Assembly: GCF_963506605.1 (NCBI RefSeq)
Contig: NC_083286.1
Location: 38,130,001 to 38,194,000 of the forward strand
Length of the DNA stretch: 64,000 nucleotides
Reading direction: 5' to 3'
DNA from: Zootoca vivipara
Lineage: Eukaryota
Under the pieces are notes generated by a model, which saw only the letters and a program-made list of their open reading frames with translations, did not search any database and was not told the DNA's origin. The translations under genes were made by a program, and so were the position numbers. Positions 34,201-46,408 of this stretch are shown piece by piece (positions within the stretch are counted from its first letter, which is position 1; each line of letters starts with the position of its first letter).

Positions 34201-37200
34201 CCCCGCTTGTATTAATACACTACCTCTCACGCTGGAGGTAGCAGTCATTTCATATAGGTTCGCCAAATGGGCAGGTACAACAGACACACTTAAAATATAT
34301 CTGCATAGCTTGAATATACTGAGGCAAACCGCCACTTAAAAAACAAAACACTGACATTGGTTGCAAGGCAATTCAGAAGTTCGACTTGTGCCCTTCAAAA
34401 GTTGCAGGAATGTGATGTGATGAAAAGAGCAGTGTGCACTATGAAAACGTATGGAAGATTTAATGTTTTAGGGGAAGGATAACCTCATTTGAAGCATAAT
34501 AGATTACCCAGCCTATAGTGTATTGAACACATTGAAAGATACCTTAAAGTAAAACAAGTTTAGGATTTGCCTGTAAGAACATATACTTTTGAGAAGCCTT
34601 GGTGGTTATGCATGAAAGCAAAAGTCAAAATCCATTTTTTTCTGCATCAACAAGGGACTCTTCTAGAACTAACTGTAAAGATACATAGGCCAGCAGTCCT
34701 TCTAGCTCACTATTGTCAACCCTGACTAGGGTTTTGGACAGGGATATTTCCCTACCTAGAGATGCCATTGAATCTACCATTGAACTATAGCACTTTCCTG
34801 TAGCCCCCCGCTGCCAAGTGTGCAACATCATTCACTCGTAACTATTTCAACTTTTTATTTTATTAAATATGGGTGGTAGTCAACCAGTCATATTCAGAGT
34901 AGGCCCACTGAAATCTCTGGATTTAGTCATGACTAACTTAAGTCCATTGATTTCAGTGATTCTGCTCTGATATTACTTAGTTTGATACCAACCTATATTT
35001 CTAATCTTGCTCACATTATGGTAATATTGTAAACATTGCTTGTGAGGTTATCTCAGGACAGCTGTTTAGTGCTTAATGTCATAAGACAATAAAAATGGTA
35101 GCAAGGTCAGACAGGTTGAGTCAAGCAAGGTTGTGTTTATAAGGCAAAATAGTTTTATTATGTAGCATTAATTTGTATAATGCCATCTGTGTGCATGGAA
35201 CCACAAGGAGCAGCATAAGAAAAAGACATGTCCCTGCCCTGAGGAGGTTACAGTCTAAATTTGAACAGTAGGCAGAGACAAGGGTTATAGTGCATAAATA
35301 TGTATACTTAAGGATTTATTCTGGTTGTGCTGAGGGCTATGAAAAGGGGGTGGTGGTGATGAAGGATTTGAAGTAGGGGAGGGAGAAAAGTGCCATCAGG
35401 TAGGGGGCAACTGTGCAGAAAGAACTGAGCTGTTTTAAGAGGGCGGACATTTCCTTTTAAACACAAATACTAGCTTTGTTTGTACAGGCCATCTCAGATC
35501 CCTATTAAGTTAAGGTGCAGTGACCCAAAACAAAATCTTTGAAGACAGAAACACCCATCAAGGCATCATTAAATGTGCTCATTGAAACTGTGTGTGACTC
35601 AGCCTTCATAAGCCTTACTCCTTGTAGGATCTTATGATTAAGCTGAACAACCTGAATATGTTTGTGCCTCAGTCCTAGGGAGAAATCTGGGAAGAAATCT
35701 TTGCAACACTTCATTTTCTCTCGCCTGCTCACTGCTCAAATATTGAGGGATTGGGGGAAAGCAATTTGCTGCTTCCCCCCTTTCCTGTTTGTAGAACTTG
35801 TAGGAATTTCTTCCATGATTTCCTCAGTCTTCACTTTGCATCCACCCCTTTCCAAAGCATACACAGTTCAGTTATTTGATCTAGGATTTGACTTTCTGTG
35901 AATGGTTACACATTCCCATCAATAGCACTAAGGAACCTTCATCATGGAGGTGCATTAAATTGTTTTTTCACTTCTTGCCGATCGCTGTAAAGAGACTGCT
36001 AGTAACTTCTCTGAATTTTCCTCCTTTCGGTGGTGGGAGAGTTTGGAAAGGGGCTGAAAAGCTAAGCTATGGAAGAGAGAACAGCTTGGGCAGAACAGAA
36101 ATGAAAACAAACACGAGACCCAGAATGTACGTGGTTAACACCAAATTAGCACCGCTAGTCAATCATCCTCCCTGCATCCCTTCCTGTACTTGTATGCCAG
36201 ACAATCACAGCTATCCTTTTCGAGTTTTGTTCTGGTTTCTTGAGCAGGGGAACTCTTCTTAATGTCTGTTGCAGAAAGTGTGTGTTCTGGCTCTGATGTC
36301 CTCAGTCACTGATGAATCAAAGAGGAATGTTTGCCCATTTAGTGACTGGTGTACTGCAATCAATGGGCTCACTATTCACCCCATGATTGCCCACATAATG
36401 CAGTCTTGTTTCTGATCTGCAGGCTCCCTGCTATTCAAGCTTCATTTCTTTTCTAAGGAAAGGCTGCCAAAAGCTGTAGGTTTGTTGTTGTTGTTTAGAA
36501 TGTTCCATAGATTTCATGAAATAGACATATCTATAAAATTCTGTTACCTGCACATATGGTATATATCAGGGGTCAGCGAACTTTTTCAGCAGGGGGCCAG
36601 TCCATTGTCCCTCAGACCTTGTGGGGGGCCGAACTATATTTTTTGGGGGGAAATGAACAAATTCCTATGCCCCACAAATAACCCAGAGATGCATTTTATA
36701 TAAAAGGACACATTCTACTCATGTAAAAACATGCTGATTCCTGGCCCGTCCGCGGGCCGGATTTAGAAGGCTATTGGGCCGCATCCGGCCCCCGGGCCTT
36801 AGTTTGGGGACCCCTGGTATATATCAAGTAAATATTTTTTTTTTTAGTGAGGAACCTGGCAGGTAACACTCTGGATAGTTCCTGCATTAGCTGAAGTAAA
36901 TTTGAGCAGGCTTAATCAAAATCACAATTTGTTTTGAAGTACTGTACTGGAATTCATCCATGAAAATATATATGTGTGAAAAGGTAAAAAACCCAGCTTT
37001 CCATGAAGTATTTATCCTAACCTCTAACAACATTTGGGTTGGTTAATTAAAAATCGAAGCCAGCAGGGATAGAAGCAATTTGTACTGGGTCAGTACAAAT
37101 TCGGTAGCACTAACATATTTAAAGGTTTGCTGTTAAAAATGAATATCACAATTCAGCCCAAGACCAGCATTTTGTACCCTATTGAGTTTCAGTGTGTCCC

Positions 37201-40200
37201 ATTAAAATGAATAAGCCCTAAGTTATTAACTTTAGACTACACACAAAGGCTTCAGACCAAAGATCGATGAGTGAAAGGAAAAATATATTAGTGCTAATCT
37301 ATGAAGTCTTCTGAAAGTTAGCAGAAAACTTCTCACACTGATGTTCCACAACCAAACATGGGGTTACAGTAGAAGTATGGTGAATAAGGAAGATCCAGCA
37401 TATACCATAGTTTATAAAATCTAATGGGACCATAAGATCTTGAGAGAGAGCTTGTTCAAACTGAAAAACTTCTCTGGCTATGGAATCACTTTTCAAAAGA
37501 ATATTGTTTTTGCTGACTTGATTTTTTCCCCTCCAAAACAGGAGATTCTGGTGTCTGGGGTTTGAAAAAAAACTTTGCTTTGTTGGAACTCCTGGAACGA
37601 CTTCAAAATGGGCTTGGTGGTCAGTGTGGGACAACTGAAGAAGCCATTGGCCTCTCTGGAGAGGTAGTAGTAATCAACTTTGTATTTCATTAAGTGTAAC
37701 TTTCAGAGTAGTGTTCCCAATCACTTTTTTATATTTCAGTTTGATTGTCCTTTTCAGATGTCATGGATAAATGTTTGATTTTAATTCAGTTGTTTCACCA
37801 ATATACTGTAAATGATTGCAACATTGCTACATTAACAACTAAAAGATCTGGAGCTAAATTACATGTTCGAGTGGTATAGATTCTCCTGGCCTATATAATT
37901 TTAGATTTCTACCTGCACTGTCAAGTAACGGCTGTTCCACTTGATATTTTTGACTATATAGTTATTTCTAGAAAGCGTATGCAGGTATCTATAAAAATTT
38001 GTTTCATCAATTGGGCGATGATTGGGCAAGTGTTGGGATTTTGATTTGTAGCCATAATAAGCTTTCAGCACTTTTATTCACCAAGTGGTTTGAAAAGATT
38101 TTACTGATTTAATTGTGTGCATTTTAGTATGTTTTTACAATGCCCTGGAATCTAATATTGAAAACATTTTTATGCGACCAGTCACCATGAGTAAATAATG
38201 TTCTAGTTTTTCTTTTTGTTAGTGCATTGTCCGGTGTGATGAAGATGAAACGCATCTTGCTTCAGTATACTGCACTGTTTGTGCCACTCACCTGTGTGCA
38301 GAGTGTTCCCAACTCACACATTCCACGAAGACACTTGCAAAACACAGACGTGTGCCCCTTGCTGATAAACCTCATGAGAAGACCATGTGCTCTCAGCACC
38401 AAGTGCATGCTATTGAATTTGTGTGCCTGGAAGAAGGATGTCAAGCCAGTCCTCTCATGTGTTGTGTCTGCAAAGAATATGGAAAGCATCAGGGTCATAA
38501 AGTAGGTTATGTCAATTCTTTATTGTCCAGCTATGTCATTGTTAATATGTGACTGAAAAGGAGAATTTGTGTTGGTTTTTTTGCCCACTTGACAAATCAT
38601 CAGAATATATTTTGTTCCCTCTCCTATTCTTTACATGACTTATTTAATCAATTTAATAAAGGCAATGTTCCAGGGTATCATTAAGCTATCACTAAAGCTG
38701 CTTTCTTGCTGTCACTTAGTAGGGCTGCTAGACAATTTTGTGTTCGCAGATTGATGTATAATACTGTCCATCTAATGCTTATATTTAATTTTCTATCTCT
38801 TTTGAAACATAACTAGTCTTTACATACTTCTTGTTAAATAATAATAAAGTTTAAATGTTTTAAATCTTACTATGATAAATTAAAGATCACTGCTTTGAAA
38901 GATGATCTATGCAAAGGAGCATGCAAAGACTAGTTACCTTGTGTGCCCACATTTCTGCACTAAGCACCAGAGGCAGAATGTCCAAAGTTTTGCTCTCTTT
39001 TCTCTCATACCGTGTGGGGGCAGAATTTGTAGATGGGAAAAACTTGGAAATGGGTGTTCAGATTTACTTTTGATGCTTTCCCCTTAGCACAGTGTTTTGG
39101 AACCAGAAGCAAACCAGATCCGTGCTTCCATTTTAGACATGGCTCACTGTATAAGAACTTTCACAGAAGAAATATCAGATTATTCTCGGAAACTAGTTGG
39201 AATAGTTCAGCAAATAGAAGGAGGAGAACAGATAATTGAAGATGGAATTGGAATGGCTCATACAGAACATGTAAGCAATCTTGTCGTTTCCTCAACCTCC
39301 ACATAATCTTTATTATAACTGTTAATATCTCCCCACCCCTTTACACTTTTTTAATGAAGCCGTATGCCACGTTATCCAGTATTAGCATGACCTACAAAAG
39401 CTTTTTCAAGGCCACTTATCAAAAATAAGTTGGTATGTGCAAGGGTAGAGGACCTTCTGGAAGGAGAAGATAGAGCCAAGAAGTCTATACTGTTAACTCA
39501 CCAGTGGTAATGGACTATTTTGCAAAGCTGTTTTTCAGAAGAAAGCAGCCATGAAGAAGCAGAAATGATTGATTTTAGAATAATTATAGAGATGATAATG
39601 AAAAATACAGCTAGGATACAAAGTGCATGCTTAGGTACTTAGACTTACCTAGTAGGGTTTTTATTTACTGTACTGCCATATCACTAAATGATTTGGAAAG
39701 TTTTTCATTTTCAAAAATGGCTTACTATGTAGCGTGGCAGGTAGCTACTTGTGAAATACAAACCTGACATTTCCTGGACACGTGGATCTTAGGTTTGTGT
39801 TTTTTTGGATTCCAGTCTGTGTTTCAATTTCTTTTCAGAATCTCCTAATACTGTTCCTAGGTGATTTGACTAGGACACCAACCTTAGTATTATGCAGAAA
39901 TAGCAGTGTTGATTATATAAGGTTTTCTGTGGAAACGTCATGAATTAGATTAGCCTGATCCAGGGCCGGCTCAAGGTAGAGTCCCGGGGGCGCGGGGCGC
40001 CAGGGTGCCGGGCCAGTAGGCAGGGCGCTGCGCGGCAAAGCTGCGCGGAAGCCATGCTGCGCCCTGCAAGGGCGGGCACGCCAGAGCAATCTCTGCCCCT
40101 CAGCGCCAGGGTGCGCGACCTGCTCGAGACTGCCCTGGCCTGATCACCAACAGATGATTTGAATGAAGATACATATTAGAATATACCTGGTACTTTTGTT

Positions 40201-41299
40201 ACACTTTGCTTTAGATGTAGTGATTTGTGTGTGGTACATAATTCTGTATTCTAGAGCTACAATTTTGGCCCTCAGTTACTCCTAATTTGTGATTTTCACT
40301 TCTAAAAGCAATGAGTTAATAGGTTTACAGTCTTTTGCTAAGGCACTTGGCAAAAGTTTATTCAAAGGATAGATACTACTGGGAAAGTGGAAGGACCATA
40401 CTGTTAAGAGTAGTTCTAACAGTGAGCTGTTAATATACAGTATATTATGGAGTACTGTGCCTCTTCTAGCTGGGTTGATTCAGAATAGGGAGTCAGCACT
40501 TCCAACTCATGGGAGAGCCAACAGAGATCATGAGATTTGAAAACATAAAATATTTTGGCAATACTTTAACATTCATTTTTTAAAATATTTTATTAATTTT
40601 CCAAAACCAACAAAAAATAAAAACAATACATATTCAAACATTAAAAAAGAGTTGACTTCCCCTATTCCCTTCCCTGGTTCCATAGTTTATCATCATAGTG
40701 CATGTCCATTTTAAATTATAAAATTATTAAAATTACTTATTGTCCAGTCTATGCCTTTACAAGTATTTTTAAAATCCTGCTAATGTACATGCTTCTGTAT
40801 ATATGCAATAAAGTCCTTCCAATCTTCTTGCACTCCTTTAACATTCAAAACACACTGACATTATTCTTCTAGCTTTCCTCACAATAATGGAGGCTGGTAA
40901 CATTTTAAAAATGAACACTAATTTCTCCAGAGATATGTCTTATGTTAAGCAGTCTACTGGAAATTTGTGTGCCAGCCCATTGCAATGGAGAAGGATATTA
41001 AAGCTCTGTCTTAAAGAGGTCTGCAACAACGTAATGCCTGTCTCCTTGATTTCATAACCACCCAGGTTCCAGGTACTGCAGAGAATGCTCGTTCATGTGT
41101 ACGAGCCTATTTTTCTGATCTTCATGAAACCCTCTGCCGCCAAGAAGAAATGGCACTTAGTGTGGTTGATGCCCATGTGCGGGAGAAATTGATCTGGCTT
41201 AGGCAACAGCAAGAAGATATGACTATTCTGTTGTCCCAGGTTTCAACAGCTTGCCTTCACTGTGAAAAGACACTGCAGCAGGTGAAGTATCCATAAAGT

Positions 41300-41381
<82 letters not shown>

Positions 41382-44300
41382 AGATTGCTGACTCAGGTTG
41401 ACAATGTCAGGTGGTTTATAAATAATAATTGTTTGGAAAATACTGTGTTAGGGATTTGCTTTGATTGGGTTAATTGTATGTGTAAGCTTAGTTATTCTAA
41501 AATTCTGCTTCTACAAATGGTGAATTGGGACACACCAGTGCATAGCTTTCAAGTTCTCCCTTTTTTTTAAGGGAAATTCCCTTATGCTGAATAGGCTTCC
41601 TCACGAGAAAAGGGAAAACTTGACAGCTATGCACCAGTGGTTTGTAAAAGTTTATCTGTACGGTGAGTCCCTTGTGGGAGGGAGAAGTATTGGATAACAA
41701 AAGGATAACAAAAGGGGGGGAGATGGGAGGCAAAAGTGCTGTAGCATCTGAGTCAAAGGATAGGTTTGAAATATAAAAGTTTAACGTAGTTGGTGATGCC
41801 TTTTTCCAGTGAAACGTTTGGGAGCCACACTTCGGAGAAGTAGCTAGTTGAATAGAAATTTATGTAGAAACCTATTAGGCTTGGCTTTGAGAGACAAAAT
41901 ACTGTAGGGGCAATGTTCTTACATAGTCACTTGAGCATTTAAAATAAATTCCTTCAGTAGCACCTTAAAGACCAACTAAGTTTATATTTTGGTATGAGCT
42001 TTCGTGTGTATGCACACTTCTTCAGATTCTGAAGAAGTGTGCATGCACACGAAAGCTCATACCAAAATATAAACTTAGTTGGTCTTTAAGGTGCTACTGA
42101 AGGAATTTTCTTATTTTGCTTCGACTCAGACCAACACGGCTACCTACCTGTATTTAAAATAAAGGTATTCAGCTGCCTCTCGTGCACCAAACAAAATAAA
42201 ACAAGAAAAGGAGCAATCGTGTGTGTTGATAGTAGCACCCATTTTTAATCCTAACTAGATTCTTTTTCCATTTAAGTCTTTATATTTGCCAGTGTTGTTT
42301 CAATTGAATAAAACAGTAGCTTTCTTGTCTTGGTTGCTGTGTAGTGTTACTGTGTTTTCCTTAAGACAAACAGAAGCTTCTTTGAACAGCCTACATTCCT
42401 GTCTTCCGTTTCTCCATTGTTGATGTATCATGAAACAATTTATTTCAGTTACAGTACAGTTTTAAATCTGCTTGAGTTAAAGTTCAATTTTATATTTAGT
42501 AGAAAATGTAACTTTTTTTTTTTGGTAGACGTAACTTCTTGTTCAACTGGATTTTGAGAAGGAAAACACATAGGTGGTACTGCATTCATTGTATTAAATT
42601 TAGCTTCCTTTTTAAAGGATGACTGCAGAGTTGTCTTGGCCAAACAAGAAATTACAAGGCTTCTAGAAACACTACAAAAACAACAACAACAGTTTACCGA
42701 GCTTGCAGACCATATACAACTTGATGCTAGCATTCCAGTTACTTTTACAAAGGTACAGTTTTCTCATGTTTTGGTTGCTTCAAGACTGATCATGAATCCA
42801 GAGAGAAGTAAGAACTCTGTCCTCTTTCTTCCTCCCTCTTCTCCTCTGCCCCCCCCCAAGTACAGCCAGCTGGCTTTTGAAACTCCCCAAATTACAAGTA
42901 ATTTGGAACATTGGTACAATCATGTCTTGGATATATATACGGTACATTTTTTAAAAAAGATAGACCTGAAGACTAGGGTGACTGTGTAGGAATGTTTTTC
43001 TTTTGTTTAACATCCTATAAATCATGGTGGCTGTTGCCCTAATTCAAAGTGTTTGGTTAAAATACAGGTGAAACTCGGAAAATTATAGTCGAAAAGTGAT
43101 TTATTTCAGTAATGCAACTTATTATTATTTTCTTTTTCTTTTAATTTTTACAAATGCTTTCCTTTGGAAATTCCGAATAGTTACAATAATACAAAAATAA
43201 ACAAAAATAAACATTTCATTAATTACATTCCATTTATAATTGACCCGCCTAACGACAAGAAATTACAATTACAACAAATAAAGGCTTGACATATCTTGCT
43301 TTGCATGTCATGCATCTAACTCATATATTGGTTTCACCTTTTAAGTTGCATTATTAAGTGCATGGACCACTTATAAATGCCATCTCCAACTCCTCGAAAG
43401 ATTCCATCAACGGTGTCTCTGAAAATGTTTACACATCACTTGGGAAGAGAGGCGAACTATTATCAGTGTACTGGAAGAAGCAAAGATCACCAGTGTTGAA
43501 GCAATGATTCTTCAACATCAACTTCATTGGACTGGTCATGTTGTGCGGATGCCTGATGATCGTCTTCCAAAGCAACAACTCTGTTCCGAACTTAAAAATG
43601 GAAAGCGTAATGCGGGTGGTCAACAAAAGAGGTTTAAGACTGTCTCAAGGCAAATTTTAAAAAATGTAGTATAAACACTGACAACTGGGAAACACTAGCC
43701 TGCGAGCGCTCCAGTTGAAGAACAGCCTTTACCAAAGGTGTCATGGGCTTTGAAGACACTCAATCTCAGGACGCAAGGGAGAAACGTGCTAAGAGGAAGA
43801 CATGCTTGGCAAATCCACACCGTGATCAACTCCCACCTGGAAACCAATACCCCCACTGTGGAAGGACGTGTGGATCCAGAATTGGCCTCCATAGTCACTT
43901 ACAGACCCATTGTTAAAATCGTGTTTATGGAAGACAATCTTACTCAGCTATGAGTGATCGCCAAAGAAGACTGAAAGAAATGCACTTTTCGACGATATTC
44001 TAATTTTCCGAGTTTCACCTGTAGTATCTGCTAATGAAATGACTTTGCACCTTTTCAATTGTGCATGTTTTGTTTAGTAAAACATATTACCTTGCAGATT
44101 GTCGAGCTAAAATTGTAACCATTCCGGTCACAAAACTTTTAGTATCCTCAGTAAAAAAACTTACCAATGAGAGAAATTAATCATTTGGGGTAATATCCAG
44201 CATCATGCAAATAGTCATCAGCTCACACAATGTGGCTTGCCCTCCCCAAGCGCTGGATGTGCTACTTGGTTTATTTTCTTTTGAATATTTTATATTGTTA

Positions 44301-46408
44301 TTTGCAAATCATTTAGATCTTCTTGGTTAAGTGAAATCTAACACTTGTTCAAAAAATAAATAAAAGTGTTGGCTTTCTACTTATCCTTGGCTCACCCACA
44401 GAACTGGCATCCTTTAAGATGAAACTTACATATAATAAATGAGACACAGTGTCAGAAATTCAAAGCACTCCATGTGTCCACCCAAATACACCTGCACAGG
44501 AAGTGATCAATTTCTTCTGACTACTGCTCCTCGCTCTGCAATGGAAACTCCTGACATTGGGTGGTATTCAGCTAAATTTTACGCAGAGGAAACCCTCTGA
44601 AATTAATTAACATGACTAAATAATTTAAGTAGGTCCACTCTGAGGAAAATACAGTTGATATATATCAATACATATAAATTCATATACCCCTACGAATCAG
44701 AGCGCGAGTTTCTTCCATTATGACATTTAATCATCTTTGCAGTTCACGAAACTTAAAACACTGTTAACAAGCAAGAAACTTACATGATACATTACATTAG
44801 GATTTTCCTTTCCCACAGCACCTTGAGCTAATAAAAATTCTTTTTGCAGGATGTTCCTCTCAATATCTTTTTTCTTGGCTGTAGGACAACAGGGTACACA
44901 TTGGGCCAAAAATGGAGATTCGTGTTGTAACTCTGGGTTTAGATGGAGCTGGCAAGACAACCATTTTATTTAAGCTGAAGCAGGATGAATTCATGCAACC
45001 TATTCCAACAATAGGCAAGTAACATTGATTTCGGAACCAGTGGAATATATATAAATCCTTTGTCAGAAGTGTGGTTAAAAGGCCTTTCCTTTCCATCCTC
45101 CTTTAGGTTTTAATGTTGAAACTGTAGAATATAAAAATCTGAAGTTCACTATTTGGGATGTAGGAGGTAAACACAAGCTGAGGCCTTTGTGGAAACATTA
45201 TTACCTCAATACACAAGGTAAGAGTGCCATATTTCATATTTTGACTCATTGAAATACACAGTGAATAATTATGCCTATTAAAAGTAAGAACGGGAATGTT
45301 TCCTAGGTTTATTGTCAAATGCTGTAATTCTAAACACATCCGTTTGAAAGTAAATTCCATGGAGATCAATGGGTATTGTGTTTCAGGGTACAACAATTCA
45401 GGGGTCTGACTGCTAGATGACATTTTAATTTCTTCAGTTTTGGTCTCTGTGATGAGTGACTTGCATTTACTTTCAGATTTGATCTTTGGCTTTGCTTCAG
45501 GCTGATACAGTTTAGAAAGTTGTACAGTGCAGTTTATTTTAGTAAAGAAAATGTTCAGTTGCTAGTTTGTAGTACGTAAACAATTTATGGAAAATATGTA
45601 TAGACTTCAGATGTAGAATCTAGGGCTGGACTGGAGTCTTTCCCCTATTTCCTAATTTATAATATCTGCACGTGGAATGAAAATGTGTAGCAAAATGTAG
45701 CTGCATAATTGTTCTCTTCCTGTAGCGGTGGTGTTTGTTATTGATAGCAGCCACAGAGACAGGGTCAGCGAAGCACACAGTGAACTTGCCAAACTGTTAA
45801 CAGAAAAAGAGTTGCGAGATGCTTTGCTGCTCATCTTTGCCAATAAGCAGGTATTGTGGTCCTTTTTTTCAGTTTTCTCGTTTGTCTCAATTTAACTTCA
45901 TTTTGCTAGTGTAAAGTAAGTATGGAAACAAAATTTAAAAGGCTATATTAATTGTAATGTTTCCTCTGATAAACTGTTAATTTAGCTAAAAATAAATAAA
46001 AATCCCAACCTTCTTAAGTCTGTTTTGGGGTCTTCTATTAATTTCCAAAATCTTGCAGATAGAGTTCTAGCCACGTTTCTTAAAAACATAATTGGTACTT
46101 AAATATATTTAACAAAATTCTGTAGGTTTTGGCACTGATTTTAATTTTCAATCTGCTGCATTCATAAGTAAGATTACGAATTCTTAAGTTAATGTCTATA
46201 CATTTAAGTATATGGTTATTGTTTACAGGATGTGGCAGGGGCACTTTCCGTAGAAGAAGTCACAGAATTGCTGAGCCTGCACAAACTCTGCTGTGGTCGG
46301 AGCTGGTTCATTCAAGGGTGTGATGCCCGAAGTGGCATGGGACTGTATGAAGGACTGGATTGGCTCTCGAGACATCTGGTAGCTGCAGGTGTACTCGATG
46401 TCGCTTAA
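30824..46408 (+). CDS. TRIM23: TRIM23 (ARD1), RING/B-box/coiled-coil E3 ligase with C-terminal ARF GTPase domain (complete, 578 aa)
   Basis: Exons 30824-30916, 33886-34048, 37542-37663, 38223-38501, 39088-39270, 41066-41281, 42618-42752, 44885-45014, 45107-45217, 45726-45850, 46229-46408 (TAA); total 1737 nt. [14 protein letters not shown]...CGHTVCHDC...CPFDR, B-box cysteines, P-loop [21 protein letters not shown]-terminus VAAGVLDVA*. Confidence 0.97.
31163..31208. repeat. (AC)n microsatellite in TRIM23 intron 1
   Basis: Perfect AC run of about 23 units. Confidence 0.95.
31513..31690. mobile_element. Tigger-like MITE (degenerate TIRs)
   Basis: TA-CAGGGGTACCTTGGGTT ... CAACATGAGGTTTGACTG-TA. 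Confidence 0.6.
31942..32004 (+). mobile_element. CR1 LINE 3' terminus
   Basis: GGGTTGGACTAGATGGTC...CCCTTCCAACTCTACAGTTCTATGATTCTAT. Confidence 0.8.
32713..33467. mobile_element. Palindromic hAT MITE split by an L2 insertion
   Basis: Left arm 32713-32756 (CAGGCATCTCCAAACT...), right part about 33384-33467 (...AGTTTGGGGATGCCTG); TSD GTCTAGGG / ATCTAGGG. Confidence 0.8.
32757..33383 (+). mobile_element. L2-clade LINE 3' fragment
   Basis: [16 protein letters not shown]...[12 protein letters not shown]...[29 protein letters not shown] is the L2 ORF2 C-terminus; ends in an (ATT)n tail. Confidence 0.9.
33668..33845 (-). mobile_element. Older tRNA-derived SINE (Squam3-like), decayed
   Basis: GGAACATACGAAGCTGCCTCATACCAAGTCAGA...GGGATTGAACCTGGGACCTT (B-box on minus strand). 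Confidence 0.6.
36567..36816 (-). mobile_element. hAT (Charlie-group) non-autonomous element, same family as 21529-21772 in opposite orientation
   Basis: 8-bp TSD GTATATAT (36559-36566, 36817-36824); internal sequence is the reverse complement of the 21.5-kb copy. Confidence 0.88.
39961..40137. mobile_element. GC-rich hAT MITE
   Basis: TIRs CAGGGCCGGCTC / GAGACTGCCCTG, perfect 8-bp TSD GCCTGATC (39953-39960, 40138-40145). Confidence 0.82.
40576..40835 (-). mobile_element. Short 5'-truncated retroposed insertion, probably an L1/Tx1-type 3' end
   Basis: Perfect 12-bp TSD CTTTAACATTCA (40564-40575, 40836-40847); minus-strand AATAAA plus A-rich tail at the left end. Family assignment is tentative. 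Confidence 0.6.
41308..41381. repeat. Compound (CT)n(AT)n microsatellite just after TRIM23 exon 6
   Basis: About 27 CT units followed by about 9 AT units. Confidence 0.95.
41541..41631. mobile_element. 91-bp hAT-type MITE
   Basis: TIRs CATAGCTTTCAAGTT / AACTTGACAGCTATG, perfect 8-bp TSD CACCAGTG. Confidence 0.8.
41946..42151. mobile_element. Penelope-like element remnant with 81-bp inverted repeat and hammerhead ribozyme cores
   Basis: Arms 41946-42026 and 42028-42108 with one mismatch; CTGAAGA-stem II-GAAA core in each arm; flanking direct repeat ATTTAAAATAAA. Confidence 0.75.
43065..44021. mobile_element. Non-autonomous Tc1-like DNA transposon interrupted by an RTE LINE
   Basis: TIRs CAGGTGAAACTCGGAAAATTA / TAATTTTCCGAGTTTCACCTG with TA on both flanks; the extended right inverted repeat is split by the LINE insertion. 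Confidence 0.85.
43357..43970 (+). mobile_element. RTE-clade LINE, 5'-truncated 3' fragment, decayed
   Basis: Translates with stops/frameshifts to [18 protein letters not shown]...[37 protein letters not shown]...GGQQKRFK, typical of the RTE ORF C-terminus. Confidence 0.85.

Noticed and set aside
37077-37101. 11-bp perfect hairpin AATTTGTACTG-GGT-CAGTACAAATT
   Set aside because: Too short for a pre-miRNA and no supporting context.
45153-45180. ARF switch II reads DVGGKH instead of DVGGQD
   Set aside because: Known normal feature of TRIM23/ARD1, not a lineage-specific change.
45448-45505. GTGATGA ... CTGA, possible C/D box snoRNA in TRIM23 intron 9
   Set aside because: Short, no convincing terminal stem or internal boxes, and about 220 nt from the acceptor; likely chance.
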